From the NCBI RefSeq assembly GCF_001194135.2, contig NC_068981.1, forward strand, positions 22,046,023 to 22,086,519: a stretch of DNA of 40,497 bases, read 5' to 3'. The notes below the pieces were generated by a model. It was not told the DNA's origin, did not search any database, and saw only the letters and a list, made by a program, of their open reading frames with translations. A program made the translations under genes and the position numbers. This document shows, piece after piece, positions 13,429 to 25,079 of the stretch (position 1 is the first letter of the stretch; each line of letters opens with the position of its first letter). Source of the DNA: Octopus bimaculoides. Lineage: Eukaryota.

Positions 13429-13632
13429 CTACATTTTGAGGTCAGCCATCATGGTTGAAAAGTCTGATAACCGCTGATAATCTGGATCTTCGTCTTTGTC
13501 GTCTTTGTCGGTATCTTTGAAAGTAGGATTCTGAGAGTTTCTAGGCAGCTTCAGTGTGCAGGGCAACATCTCCCGCATGACTGTATGGTGAGTAACCAGC
13601 GATGCCAGGTTTGGCCATTCCTTATCAAGTCC
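13429..13632 (-). CDS. Terminal coding exon of an SH2-domain adaptor (EGFRAP/PVRAP-like): end of the SH2 domain plus an acidic, Tyr-containing C-terminal tail
   Basis: Acceptor ttgcag|GGA at 13633/13632, phase 0 matching the upstream exon. Translates GLDKEWPNLASLVTHHTVMREMLPCTLKLP...DDKDEDPDYQRLSDFSTMMADLKM and stops at TAG 13431-13429. The family label comes from recalled similarity, not a database search. Confidence 0.93.
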   Translation of the reverse strand, partial: GLDKEWPNLASLVTHHTVMREMLPCTLKLPRNSQNPTFKDTDKDDKDEDPDYQRLSDFSTMMADLKM

Positions 13633-13768
13633 CTGCAACAAAAAAAATAGGGAGAAGAAAAAAAAGATAAACAAATAAAATAGAATGGAAAAATGTTAGT
13701 AGCTACAACTGCAGAACACACCCCATACAGCAAAGAAGTATTCCTTCATATTTTGGTACAAGTCTATA

Positions 13769-13830
13769 CAGTAACCCTTCGACTATCAAGGGTGTGACAT
13801 TCCAAAACCCACCACGAGAGGTGGACATCA
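13769..13830 (+). mobile_element. Possible pogo/Tigger-type DNA transposon terminus
   Basis: TA|CAGTAACCCTTCGACTATC resembles a pogo-family TIR start after a TA target. No partner end is visible because a gap follows at 14009. Confidence 0.35.
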
Positions 13831-14751
13831 GCAAAGTAGAAACAGTACTGTAGTGTATATTGTTTTTATTATTATTTTTATAATTTGCATATATTCTGTT
13901 GTCTGGGGAGGATCATTCTCTTTTAGTGCCTTATTAATTTAACACACTCACTGGTTAAGTTTCCACTCATTTACTTATTTATTTTTCCTAAAATTTTCAT
14001 TGCGTCTTNNNNNNNNNNNNNNNNNNNNNNNNNNNNNNNNNNNNNNNNNNNNNNNNNNNNNNNNNNNNNNNNNNNNNNNNNNNNNNNNNNNNNNNNNNNN
14101 NNNNNNNNNNNNNNNNNNNNNNNNNNNNNNNNNNNNNNNNNNNNNNNNNNNNNNNNNNNNNNNNNNNNNNNNNNNNNNNNNNNNNNNNNNNNNNNNNNNN
14201 NNNNNNNNNNNNNNNNNNNNNNNNNNNNNNNNNNNNNNNNNNNNNNNNNNNNNNNNNNNNNNNNNNNNNNNNNNNNNNNNNNNNNNNNNNNNNNNNNNNN
14301 NNNNNNNNNNNNNNNNNNNNNNNNNNNNNNNNNNNNNNNNNNNNNNNNNNNNNNNNNNNNNNNNNNNNNNNNNNNNNNNNNNNNNNNNNNNNNNNNNNNN
14401 NNNNNNNNNNNNNNNNNNNNNNNNNNNNNNNNNNNNNNNNNNNNNNNNNNNNNNNNNNNNNNNNNNNNNNNNNNNNNNNNNNNNNNNNNNNNNNNNNNNN
14501 NNNNNNNNNNNNNNNNNNNNNNNNNNNNNNNNNNNNNNNNNNNNNNNNNNNNNNNNNNNNNNNNNNNNNNNNNNNNNNNNNNNNNNNNNNNNNNNNNNNN
14601 NNNNNNNNNNNNNNNNNNNNNNNNNNNNNNNNNNNNNNNNNNNNNNNNNNNNNNNNNNNNNNNNNNNNNNNNNNNNNNNNNNNNNNNNNNNNNNNNNNNN
14701 NNNNNNNNNNNNNNNNNNNNNNNNNNNNNNNNNNNNNNNNNNNNNNNNNNN

Positions 14752-15087
14752 ATAGGATCGCGGTTTCGATTTCCAGACCGGGCGTTGTGAGTGTTTATTT
14801 AGCGAAAACACCTAAAGCTCCACGAGGTTCCGGCAGGGGATGGTGGCGAACCCTGCTGTACTCTTCCACCAACAACTTTCTCTCACTCTTACTTCCTGTT
14901 TCTGTTGTTCCTGTAATTCAAAGGGTCAGCCTTGTGTCACGCTGAATATCCCCGAGAACTACGTTAAGAGTACATGTGTCTGTGGAGTGCTCAGCCACTT
15001 GCACGTTAATTTCACGAGCAGGCTGTTCCGTTGATTGGATCAACTGGAACTCTCGACGTCGTAAGCGACGGAGTGCCAACAAAACAA
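14752..15087 (+). mobile_element. tRNA-derived SINE family C, 5' start lost in the gap
   Basis: B-box-like ggtttcgatttcc and an (aac)-type tail. Its 3' part recurs inverted at about 36940-37075 and, more degenerate, at about 24065-24190. Confidence 0.75.
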
Positions 15088-15494
15088 TATGATTGTAAGA
15101 CAAAAATTTAAATGTAATAAAATGTTTTAAAAGAAATTTAATGTGCCTATGTGATAACTGTAAACCTACTTTTGGGCCGACCTGTATATATATTTGCCTT
15201 TTACATGATCCAAACACCATCTTTTGCTATGTCCTACACTTTTAGCCCAATAACAACAGTTATTTTACTAAATCACACCAAATTACTGGTTGCTTTCAAA
15301 AATAACTGAAATAAAACATAAGCAATGATGTAATTTCATAAGAAATATAACCACAAAATGGTTGATTTAAACATTAAATAAATCTGTTCCCAAAAATCAG
15401 AAATTTTTTCTTCAAATTTCCATTAAATCTACCCCGACCTTTGACCAACCTTAAGAGACACAAAGTTTATATAACAGCACCTTGCTTCACTTAC

Positions 15495-15666
15495 CTTTAA
15501 CTTAACCCCGCGATGTGTTTTAAGGATAAGATAATGGGAAATGCCCGACAGATTTTCATATTTCGGCACCTTAACCGATAAGGCATAACATCCTGGGTGG
15601 GTGGTGCTGTCTCGTACAATGAAAGAGCCAACTTCTTCTTGTTGTAAGATCTCCAGAGCAATTTCT
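15495..15666 (-). CDS. Internal coding exon with the SH2 core (FLVR motif GSFIVRDS)
   Basis: Acceptor ccacag|A at 15667/15666 and donor AAG|gtaagt at 15495/15494. The 172 nt are 1 nt plus 57 codons: EIALEILQQEEVGSFIVRDSTTHPGCYALSVKVPKYENLSGISHYLILKTHRGVKLK. The invariant phosphotyrosine-binding Arg is intact. Confidence 0.96.
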
Positions 15667-16185
15667 CTGTGGAGGGAGAACAAAAAAAAAAAAAATACAT
15701 ATATAATTTGTAACACATCGTCAGTGAACAATGAACATGTTAAACCAAGATTTATTCCCCTTGCACCAAAAAGGTTATTTAATGTGTGTGGACGTATTTA
15801 TATATAAAAGTTATCTTTTATTCTTAATTTTCGCATTTACTAATAGCAACCCCCTCAGTTTGTGGTTTTATTTTGCATATAAATATAAAATATATATGTA
15901 TATATACACACACTTTTCATCAAATGAATTCTAAGGTTTATATCATAAATGCGCTTCTAGAATATTTCCTTTATATTTTTCAAATATTCTAAGTCAGGAA
16001 CATTTTTAACCAATTCCCCACCAAAATACATACATACATACATACACACATACATGCATACATACAATCATACATACATACATACATGCATGCATGCATG
16101 CATGCATGCATGCATGCATGTATGTATGTAGGCAGTGAGAGAAACAGAATGGCCAAAGGACAGTTCTAACATGTAGCCTATTTAC

Positions 16186-16272
16186 CTTGGAATACCGGCC
16201 TGGTACCATGAAGCATGCCGTAATGCCTCATCTTCAATGTGACTTCGGTCAAGACCCATCAGAGATTCTAGT
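16186..16272 (-). CDS. Internal coding exon with the SH2 N-terminus (WYQAGIPR)
   Basis: Acceptor ttgcag|A at 16273/16272 and donor AG|gtaaat at 16186/16185. The 87 nt are phase 2 at both ends: LESLMGLDRSHIEDEALRHASWYQAGIP(R). It splices in frame to the 15666 exon. Confidence 0.93.
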
Positions 16273-16519
16273 CTGCAATGAAAAAGAAGAGGAGAGAAGA
16301 GAATGAATGAGTGGAAGGAAGATGGTGAGAGAGGGAGGAGTGCATTAGCAACGGTAGTTAGAGTTTCTTTGGGGTTAGGGTTGGAGGTCATCATCATCAT
16401 CATCATTTAATCTCTACCTTTCCATGATTGCACATGGAAGACAGAATTCATTGAGACAGATTTTTCAATAGCCAGAAGCCTTTCCACCTATTTCCATGGC
16501 TAGATAGGTTATGTTTATG

Positions 16520-16683
16520 ATTAGATCGACCCCAGTATGCAGCTGGTATTAAATTTATCAACCTCAAAAGGATAAAAAGCAAAGTCGACCTTGGTGGAAT
16601 TTGAACTCAAAACGTAAAGACAGATGCAATACTGCTAAGCATTTCGCCCGGCGTGCTAACATTTCTGCCAACTCACTGCGTTA
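16520..16683 (-). mobile_element. SINE family A copy in an intron
   Basis: atcgaccccagt...aaagtcgaccttggtggaatttgaactc...ctaagcatttcgcccggcgtgctaac. Confidence 0.85.
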
Positions 16684-17444
16684 CCATCACTAATAATACT
16701 GTCACCAATACCATCACTACCACAACACTACAACCACCACCACCACAATCACAATCACCACCAACACCACAAAACTACACCCACCACCATCACCACCAAA
16801 CACTACCATAATCACCACTACTACCACCACCACTACAACAACAACTACATGAACACTACTACCACCAACAAGGCCGTCACAACCATCACCATCACCACCA
16901 CTTCCACCAATAATAATGCCATCATAAACATAACAAACATCACCACTAGCATCATACCACCACATCACCATCATCATCATCACATCTACCACCACAATAA
17001 CTACTATTACCAACATATCCACCACCACCACCGCCGCTGCTGCCACCACCACCACCAATCTTACAACCATTAGTGTTTGTTTAGTTAAAAGGCAGGTGTT
17101 TCCCCTCGTTTGCCATTCCACCCCGCCCTGCTCCCAAAGAATCAGTGAGTCTCTGGCGAGAGAGCAGCATGTTGGCAGTGGTCCAATGGTAAATTATAGA
17201 GTGAAGAGTCTTGTCTAAGGTCAACGTGTAATTGGTGGTGGTGGTGGTGGTGAGAGGAGAGTAACTGGACGTGGTTGGTTAGAGACAGTTACCAAAGATG
17301 ATAGGGCAGTGTGTGAATGCGTGTGTGTATGAGAATGTGTGTGTGTGTGTGCGTGTGTGTGTGTGTGCATGTTTGGCTAGACAGATTGACAGATAGATAT
17401 ACATACACACATATACACAAACACACATGTATATGTATATATTC

Positions 17445-17655
17445 TTTTATATTTTTATTCTTTCATTTGTTTCAGTCATTTGACAGCGGTCATGCTGGAG
17501 CACCACCTTTAGTCGAACAAATCGATCCCGGGAGTTAACTTTTGTAAGCCTAGTACTTATTCTATCAGTTTCTTTTGCCAAACCGTTAAGTTACGGGGAC
17601 GTAAACACACCAACATCGGTTGCCAAGCGACAGTGGGCAGACAACCACAGACATA
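17445..17655 (-). mobile_element. SINE family B, 3' half
   Basis: gtttcagtcatttgacagcggtcatgctggagcaccacc...gttacggggacgtaaacacaccaacatcggttg. Confidence 0.8.
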
Positions 17656-17679
17656 TATTCATATATATGTGTGTGTTTT

Positions 17680-17714
<35 letters not shown>

Positions 17715-18147
17715 GCAGGGCAGGGAATCGTCAATTAGTAATAAAATTAATAATTAACAATTTTGCCGGGTACTAAATTAACTAAAGGCAGGTGGTTTTT
17801 TACTCTTCTCTACTGTTTTTTGTTCTGTGTGTATCAAAAATATCGCTATCAATCTGGAGTAATAATTTGTAGTTTTGAAATCAGTAGTTCTTTGACTGCT
17901 ATTTCTGAATTCTCAGTATGTTGGAGAAGCAGGTTACTGTCAATCCCTATATATNNNNNNNNNNNNNNNNNNNNNNNNNNNNNNNNNNNNNNNNNNNNNN
18001 NNNNNNNNNNNNNNNNNNNNNNNNNNNNNNNNNNNNNNNNNNNNNNNNNNNNNNNNATATAGATATATTAATACACACACATATATATAGATATATAAAT
18101 GAATAAATATATATATATATATATACATACATGCACATACATACATA

Positions 18148-19419
18148 TTAGGTCCACTGGAAAGTTCTCAGCATTTTTAAGCTAAATCCTTTAACGCTTC
18201 ATTGAACACACCCAAAACGTAACAGTTGAAACTTTGGCATGCTTGAAGTGGTAGTGCATCTTTTCTTAGATTTATTTTCCATTCCGGTTACCCTTTATTG
18301 ACATTTGAAGTGGATAACCAAAAATTTCATATTCGTGTTGTAATGCTTTTCTCATTCTTTTAAAAAAAGGAGAAATTGCTGCTCAGTCTGGCAAAAACAC
18401 TTCCAAAGATTATGGTAATGATACTGTAGGTGAATCAACTGTTTGAAGGTGGTTTGCAAAATTTCAAGCTGGGGAGTTTAGCTTGGAAGATGACAGTCAC
18501 AGTGGAAGACCTTCAAAATTAGATGAAGATGTTTTGAAGGCAAAAATTGAAGAAGACTCCAATATCATGACTAGAGAACTTGCAGACGAGTTGTGAATTT
18601 CTAAAAATACGGCTCATGAACACCTGGTGAAGCTAGGATACATTTCTTGCTATAATGCATGGGTCCTTAACAATCTCTCAGAAAAGAATTGCTCGGACAA
18701 GTATTCTGTTTGTGATATGCTTTTGAAATAAAATGAAAGCATGCCGTTATTTAAACAACTTGTGACTGGAGATGATAAATGGATTGTGTATGAAAATGTA
18801 GTGTGAAAAAGATCCTGGTGTTTGCATAAGTATCCCCTGAAACAGCAACCAAAAACGAATATCTATGCAAAAAAAGCTATGCGTTGTGTTTGGTGGGATC
18901 ATAAAGGCATTATTTATCATGAGCTTCTCCCACAAAACCAGACCATTAATTCTGATGTGTACTGTCGTCAGCTGACTAAATTGAACCAAAAAATCAAAGA
19001 ATTGAGGCCAGAGATAGCCAACAGGAAAGGGGGAGTGTTCCAACAAGACAATGCCCAACCACATGTAACTTTGGCTACCCAAAACAAAGTTATATGAACT
19101 TGGCTGGGATCTCTTACCCCATCCTCCATATTCTCCTGATATTGCACCATCTGACTACCATTTGTTTTTGTCTCAACAGAACTCATTGCAAGGAAAAACA
19201 TTTAATGATTCAGATGGAATGAAAATACATCTAGATAACTTTTCTTCTTCAAAACCAGTCAGATTTTATGCTGATGGAATATTTAAATTGCCTGATAGAT
19301 GAGCAAAGGTCATTAATAATAATGGAAATTATTTCATTGCATAAAATTTATTGAAAGGTCAATTATTTATATCCTGTTTTGCATATTAAAAAATGCTCAG
19401 AACTTTCTGGACCACCTCA
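18148..19419 (+). mobile_element. Full-length, inactivated mariner (D,D34D) DNA transposon
   Basis: 1272 bp flanked by TA (18146-47 and 19420-21). Imperfect TIRs TTAGGTCCACTGGAAAGTTCTCAGCATTTTT versus (reverse complement) TGAGGTGGTCCAGAAAGTTCTGAGCATTTTT match at 24/31 positions. It contains a transposase pseudogene. Confidence 0.93.
18304..19344 (+). pseudogene. Mariner transposase pseudogene
   Basis: Motifs RWFAKF, SGRP, TGDDKWIVYEN, VWWDHKGII, QQDNAQPH and PHPPYSPDIAPSDYHLF, with 34 residues between the 2nd and 3rd Asp after frameshift correction. It has several stops and frameshifts (near 18360 and 19090). Confidence 0.93.
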
Positions 19420-19711
19420 TACATACATACATACATACATACATAAATGTGTATACATGTGTATGTCAGTAAATGCATGTGTATGTCAGCTATGTATTTG
19501 TGTGTGTGTAAACAAATGTGTTTCTTTTACTCCCCTGTTTGGATGGGAGATACGGACCGCAGACATTCATTAAACCTAGAGTTTCCAAACCATCATTCCT
19601 GTCACCTGACAAGATAATATTACACACTCAGAAAAAATCCTCCACGAAACCAAAACCAACAATGTTGAATCCACAAGGAGTATCAAGAGCTCGCCACAAA
19701 AATCTTTTTTA

Positions 19712-19892
19712 ATTATTCTTTTATTCTTTTACTTGTTTCAGCAAATCGAGCCCAGGACTTATTCTTTGTAAGCCTAGTACTTATTCTATTGGTCTCTTTT
19801 GCTAAACCCCTAAGTTACAGGAACATAAACACACCACCATCAGTTGTCAAGCGATGTTGGGTGGGGACAAACACAGACAAACACAAACATAT

Positions 19893-19941
<49 letters not shown>

Positions 19942-20592
19942 TACGATGGGCTTCTTTCAGTTTCCGTCTACCAAATCCACTCACAAGGCTTTGGTCGGCC
20001 CAAGGCTATAGTAGAAGACACTTGCCCAAGGTGCCATGCAGTGGGAATCAACCCGGAACCATGTGGCTGGTAAGCAAGCTACTTACCACACAGCCACTCC
20101 TGCGTCTATAGGCTACAGAAAATTAATATGAATTCTTGAAGATCTTGGAGAATATTATTCTTAATTTTGTTATGCACTGTTATGACAAATAAAACCAGGT
20201 AAATAAATTATTCCTTTATTCTTTAATAAATTTGAGCCATTTGACTGTGGCCATGCTGGAGCGCCATCTTATAAGATTTTAGTCGAACAAGTCACCCTCA
20301 AAACTTATTCTTTGTAAGCCTAGTACTTATTCTATTGGTCTCTTTTGCCAAACTGCTAAGTTACGGGAGACATAAACACACCTGCATCAGTTATGAAGAG
20401 ATGACAGGGAACAAACACAGACACACATACATAAATATATATACATATATATATATATACACCAAATCCACTCCCAAGGCTTTGGTTGGCCTGAGGCTAT
20501 AGTAGAAGACACTTGCCCAAGGTGCCACGCAGAGGGATGGAACCCAGAACCATGTGGTTGGTAAGCAAGCTTCTTACCACATGGCCATGCCT
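19712..20592 (-). mobile_element. Two near-full-length SINE family B copies (about 19712-20103 and 20215-20592)
   Basis: Both have the head, the gacacttgcccaaggtgcc core, a (TA)n centre and the ttattctttt tail. Confidence 0.85.
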
Positions 20593-20643
20593 ATATATAT
20601 AGCTTATTTTTCTAAGTGTTTAGCAATAAAATGTGTTTTTTAA

Positions 20644-20801
20644 CCCTTTTGTAACCATAATCTAATGAAATACATGGCCTTCGTTTCAATTATTTTGGAA
20701 ATAATGAAAATTTTCTTAAAATAGCTCTGCTGGTACTAAGCTGGTGTTTGGAACCTAAATTAATATGGAATTTTTCTTGGAAGGTTTCAATTTAGATCAC
20801 T
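20644..20801. mobile_element. AT-rich interspersed element bounded by TTAA on both sides
   Basis: TTAA at 20640-43 and 20802-05. It is homologous in reverse complement to the units at 22143-22432. No TIR is visible. Confidence 0.55.
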
Positions 20802-21378
20802 TTAACCTGCGCTGTTNNNNNNNNNNNNNNNNNNNNNNNNNNNNNNNNNNNNNNNNNNNNNNNNNNNNNNNNNNNNNNNNNNNNNNNNNNNNNNNNNNNN
20901 NNNNNNNNNNNNNNNNNNNNNNNNNNNNNNNNNNNNNNNNNNNNNNNNNNNNNNNNNNNNNNNNNNNNNNNNNNNNNNNNNNNNNNNNNNNNNNNNNNNN
21001 NNNNNNNNNNNNNNNNNNNNNNNNNNNNNNNNNNNNNNNNNNNNNNNNNNNNNNNNNNNNNNNNNNNNNNNNNNNNNNNNNNNNNNNNNNNNNNNNNNNN
21101 NNNNNNNNNNNNNNNNNNNNNNNNNNNNNNNNNNNNNNNNNNNNNNNNNNNNNNNNNNNNNNNNNNNNNNNNNNNNNNNNNNNNNNNNNNNNNNNNNNNN
21201 NNNNNNNNNNNNNNNNNNNNNNNNNNNNNNNNNNNNNNNNNNNNNNNNNNNNNNNNNNNNNNNNNNNNNNNNNNNNNNNNNNNNNNNNNNNNNNNNNNNN
21301 NNNNNNNNNNNNNNNNNNNNNNNNNNNNNNNNNNNNNNNNNNNNNNNNNNNNNNNNNNNNNNNNNNNNNNNNNNNNAG

Positions 21379-21408
21379 ACGGAAACTGAAAGAAGCCCAT
21401 CGTATATT

Positions 21409-21458
<50 letters not shown>

Positions 21459-21668
21459 TCTGTGTTTGTCCCCCCAACATCGCTTGACAATCAATGTTGG
21501 TGGGTTTACATCCCCGTAACTTAGCGGTTCAGCAAAAGAGACCGATAGAATAAGTACTAGGCTTCCAAAGAATAAGTCCTGGTGTCGATTTGCTCGACAA
21601 AAGGCGGTGCTCCAGCATGGCCGCAGTCAAATGACTGAAACAAGCAAAAGAGTAATAAAAGAGTAATA
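21379..21668 (+). mobile_element. SINE family B, head lost in the gap
   Basis: ggaaactgaaagaagccc, then (TG)n, then gtgtttgtccccc...ccagcatggccgcagtcaaatgactgaaacaag and an aaagagt tail. Confidence 0.85.
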
Positions 21669-21714
21669 GAAAATGTCAAAAACATTAAGAACTACCGATA
21701 TACATGCAGGTACC

Positions 21715-22110
21715 GAAGGAGATGGCTTGGCTGTGTTGTGTATGGGTCTGACTCATGTGCCCTTCATAAGATCTTACAAACGCAATGGTGCCATGATCAA
21801 CAAAGACCCAAAAGACAAAAGCAAGGTTCCGAGGCTGACTGACAGATGAAAATCTAGCTTAATGAAAAGGGCTACCATCAAACCGCTCAATAACGAAAGC
21901 CATTACTCAATGCAGCTGCACAATTGCCCAGGTTTACTGTCTGATGCAGATTGAATAGATGGAAGGAAAATTAACCTACCACTGCCGGGGAAGCACAAAA
22001 AGAAAAAACATGTGCATAGTTACACTTGACCCCTCCAACCAATCGTTTAAATGTCCCATCTACAACGCAAGCTTCACATCAACATTTTGGTGCTAACCTA
22101 CCCAAGACCA
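21715..22110 (+). mobile_element. Degenerate RTE-like LINE 3' fragment
   Basis: Broken frames give RWLGCV...RPKRQ and FKCPIYNASFTS, resembling RTE C-terminal motifs (RWLGHV, RGRP, CPxC). Confidence 0.35.
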
Positions 22111-22142
22111 CCACTGGTTCTGTGATACAAACTTTTATTTAA

Positions 22143-22432
22143 AACGGTCTAAATTAAAAACCTTCTGTCAAAATTTAATGTTAATTTATGTTCCAAATAC
22201 CAGTGAAATAAAAACAAATTTATTTTATTAAATTTTTTCATCGTTATCAATATTGAAACAACAGAAATATGGTAACAAAAGAGTTAAAGTGATCTAAATT
22301 AAAAACCTTCCATCACAATTCTATGCCGATTTATGTTCCAAACACTAACATATAATGACAGCATTTTTACTAAGTTTTTAATTATTTTTTAAATTAATTG
22401 AAACAAAGCCAAAGTATTTCAACAGAAATATT
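22143..22432. repeat. Two tandem units of the TTAA-bounded element
   Basis: TTAA at 22139-42 and 22284-87, with tctaaattaaaaaccttc...atttatgttccaaa repeated at about 145-bp spacing. The second unit is cut by a SINE B tail. Confidence 0.6.
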
Positions 22433-22434
22433 CT

Positions 22435-22816
22435 TTTATTCTTTTATTCTTTTATTTGTTTCAGTCATTTTGACTGGGGCCATGCTGGAGCACCACCTAC
22501 AGTCGAACAAATTGACCTCAGGACTTATTCTTTGTAAGTTCAGTATTTATTCTATCGGTCTCTTTTGCCGAACCGCTAAGTTATGGGGACATAAACACAC
22601 CAACAACGGTTGTCAAGCGATGGTGGGGGAGACAAACACAGACACACAAACATATATATGATAGGCTTCTTTCAGTTTCCATCTACCAAATCCACTCGCA
22701 AGGCTTTGGTTGGCCCAAAGCTATAGTAGAAGACACTTGCCCAAGGTGCCATGCAGTGGGACTGAACCCAGAACCATGTGGTTGGTGAGCAAGCTTCTTA
22801 CCACACAGCCATGCCT
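22435..22816 (-). mobile_element. SINE family B, full length
   Basis: Tail, body, core and tRNA-like head are all present. Confidence 0.88.
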
Positions 22817-23514
22817 GAATTGGGAAGTAAAGTCCCGAAGGGAACCACTAACGAAGGAGATGCCATAATTGGATTCAAATGGCAACCATGAGCACATGCT
22901 GTGATTGTATGCACCTGCGTAACCAGGAGTGTACATGACTGTTTGTGTGTCTGTGTGTGTGTGTGTCCGTGCGTCTTACCTGTGAGTTTGTTTTAGATCA
23001 GAACTATGAAAGTGTTGACTAAACTGTTGTTGGTACTCATATATGGGTGGTGAGTGGTCAGTGGTCAGTGTGGAAGTCTGGGGTAGGTTGTACACATAGC
23101 AGGGTAATGTTTGCTCCGACATGCTGGTACCTGAATAGTCATTGTAGTGGCAGTGGTGTAAACCAATTGACTAAAATCTAATTAACGAGGGGTGGTGTGT
23201 GAACGTATGTGTGTGTGCGTGCTTGCATGTGTGTGTGTGTGTGTGTGCGTGTGTGATGTAGTAGCAATGTCTAGTGACTGACTGGTTAAAGCATAATTAT
23301 GTAGGGTGGTGTGTGTATATGTATGTACGTACAGACATATGTATGTGGAAGTGATATGGTGATTGACTGACTGAAGTTGTGTGTGTGTGTGTAGGTGATG
23401 GTGGGGGTAAACAAACTAACTGAAGACAGGTTAGAGCATGGAGGCGTGTGTGGCTGTGGTGGAGTAGATTATGGTGGGGATGGGGTATGCTACTGATTTC
23501 ACTCAAAAGTCAAG

Positions 23515-24012
23515 GTGGACTCTACCAACCTGTGATACCTATTTACACCTTCATGGACTACACCACTTTGTGGTACCTACCATTTGCAGTTAGGTGGACT
23601 GTACCATCCTGTGATACCTAACTGTTGTTGGGTGGACTGTACCAACCTGGGATACCCACTTACAGATACTGGTTCGACTGTAACATCCTGTCACACCCAC
23701 TTACAGATGCTGGATGGACTGTGCAATCCTGTCACACCCAGTAAAGGATGCTGGATGAACTGTACCATCCTGTGACACCCACTAACAGATGTTGGATTGA
23801 CTGTACCATCCTGTGACACCTACTTATGAATGCTGGATGGAGTGTACCATCCTGTGACACCCACTTATGGATGCTGGATGGACTGTACCATCCTGTGACA
23901 CCTGCTAACAGATGTTGGATGGACTGTACCATCCTGTGACACCTGCTAACAGATGTTGGATGGACTGTACCATCCTGTGACACCTACTAACAGATGTTGG
24001 ATGGACTGTACC
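23515..24012. repeat. 41-bp minisatellite, about 12 units
   Basis: Unit ctgtaccatcctgtgacacctgctaacagatgttggatgga. The period is 41 (starts at 23883 and 23924). Units are degenerate on the left and homogeneous on the right. Confidence 0.92.
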
Positions 24013-25038
24013 TCTTCTGTAGCCCGTGGTACAGCAAGGGGTGGATCGCTTGCGTTTTCAATGATGGGTATTGAGTTGTTTGATCAACTGAATTATCTGA
24101 TCATTGAGTTAGCATATAAGTGGCTGAGTATTCCACAGCCACTCACATGTACCTTAAGAGAATTCTCAAGAAGAATCATTAACACAGAGCAACAGGGTTG
24201 TTACATAAAAAACAAAATCAACCAACAAAAAGAAACAAATGTTATTGATGTCTGCAGAGGTAATAGTAGTGGTGGTGGTGGTTGGGGTGGTGGTAATTGT
24301 TGTAGTAATACTGGAGGTAGTTGTAGTGGTGGCAGCAGTAGTAGTGGTAGTGGTTACAGTAGTAATGGTGGTAGTTGTAGAGGTGGCAGAAGTGGTGGTG
24401 GCTGTAGTGTTTGTGGTGGTGGTTGCGGTTGCAGTTATAGTGGCATGGTAGCAGTGGTAATACTTGTAGTGGTGGTTGTTCTAGTGATGGTTGTAGTAGA
24501 AGTGGTACTAGATACTGTGGCGGTTCTAGTAGTTGTATATTCATAGAGGTAGAGAAAGTGGAAAGGTAATGCTTTCGTACTAGTGGGGGGGGCGGAGTGA
24601 TAGNNNNNNNNNNNNNNNNNNNNNNNNNNNNNNNNNNNNNNNNNNNNNNNNNNNNNNNNNNNNNNNNNNNNNNNNNNNNNNNNNNNNNNNNNNNNNNNNN
24701 NNNNNNNNNNNNNNNNNNNNNNNNNNNNNNNNNNNNNNNNNNNNNNNNNNNNNNNNNNNNNNNNNNNNNNNNNNNNNNNNNNNNNNNNNNNNNNNNNNNN
24801 NNNNNNNNNNNNNNNNNNNNNNNNNNNNNNNNNNNNNNNNNNNNNNNNNNNNNNNNNNNNNNNNNNNNNNNNNNNNNNNNNNNNNNNNNNNNNNNNNNNN
24901 NNNNNNNNNNNNNNNNNNNNNNNNNNNNNNNNNNNNNNNNNTACATCATACAAACACCAATACTTATACACACACTGATTGCATAAACATACATAGCCAA
25001 AAAGCCAAACACATAAACACACAATGAGAAAACAGTAA

Positions 25039-25079
<41 letters not shown>

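Noticed and set aside
16690-17060. Poly-Thr/His/Val ORFs
   Set aside because: Degenerate (CAC/CAT)n intronic microsatellite with no splice or homology support.
17065-17300. Possible upstream coding exon with donor GTT|gtaaga at 17065/17064
   Set aside because: The phase-2 frame needed to join the 16272 exon contains several stops, and the open frame is phase 0. It could still be a non-coding exon.
23515-24012. Palindromic repeats at regular spacing resembling a CRISPR array
   Set aside because: The intervening sequences are near-identical rather than unique spacers, the context is a eukaryotic genome, and there are no cas genes.
23953-24600. 197-aa ORF with a Gly/Ser-rich tail
   Set aside because: It is built from the minisatellite end, a decayed SINE C fragment and (GGT/AGT)n low-complexity DNA.
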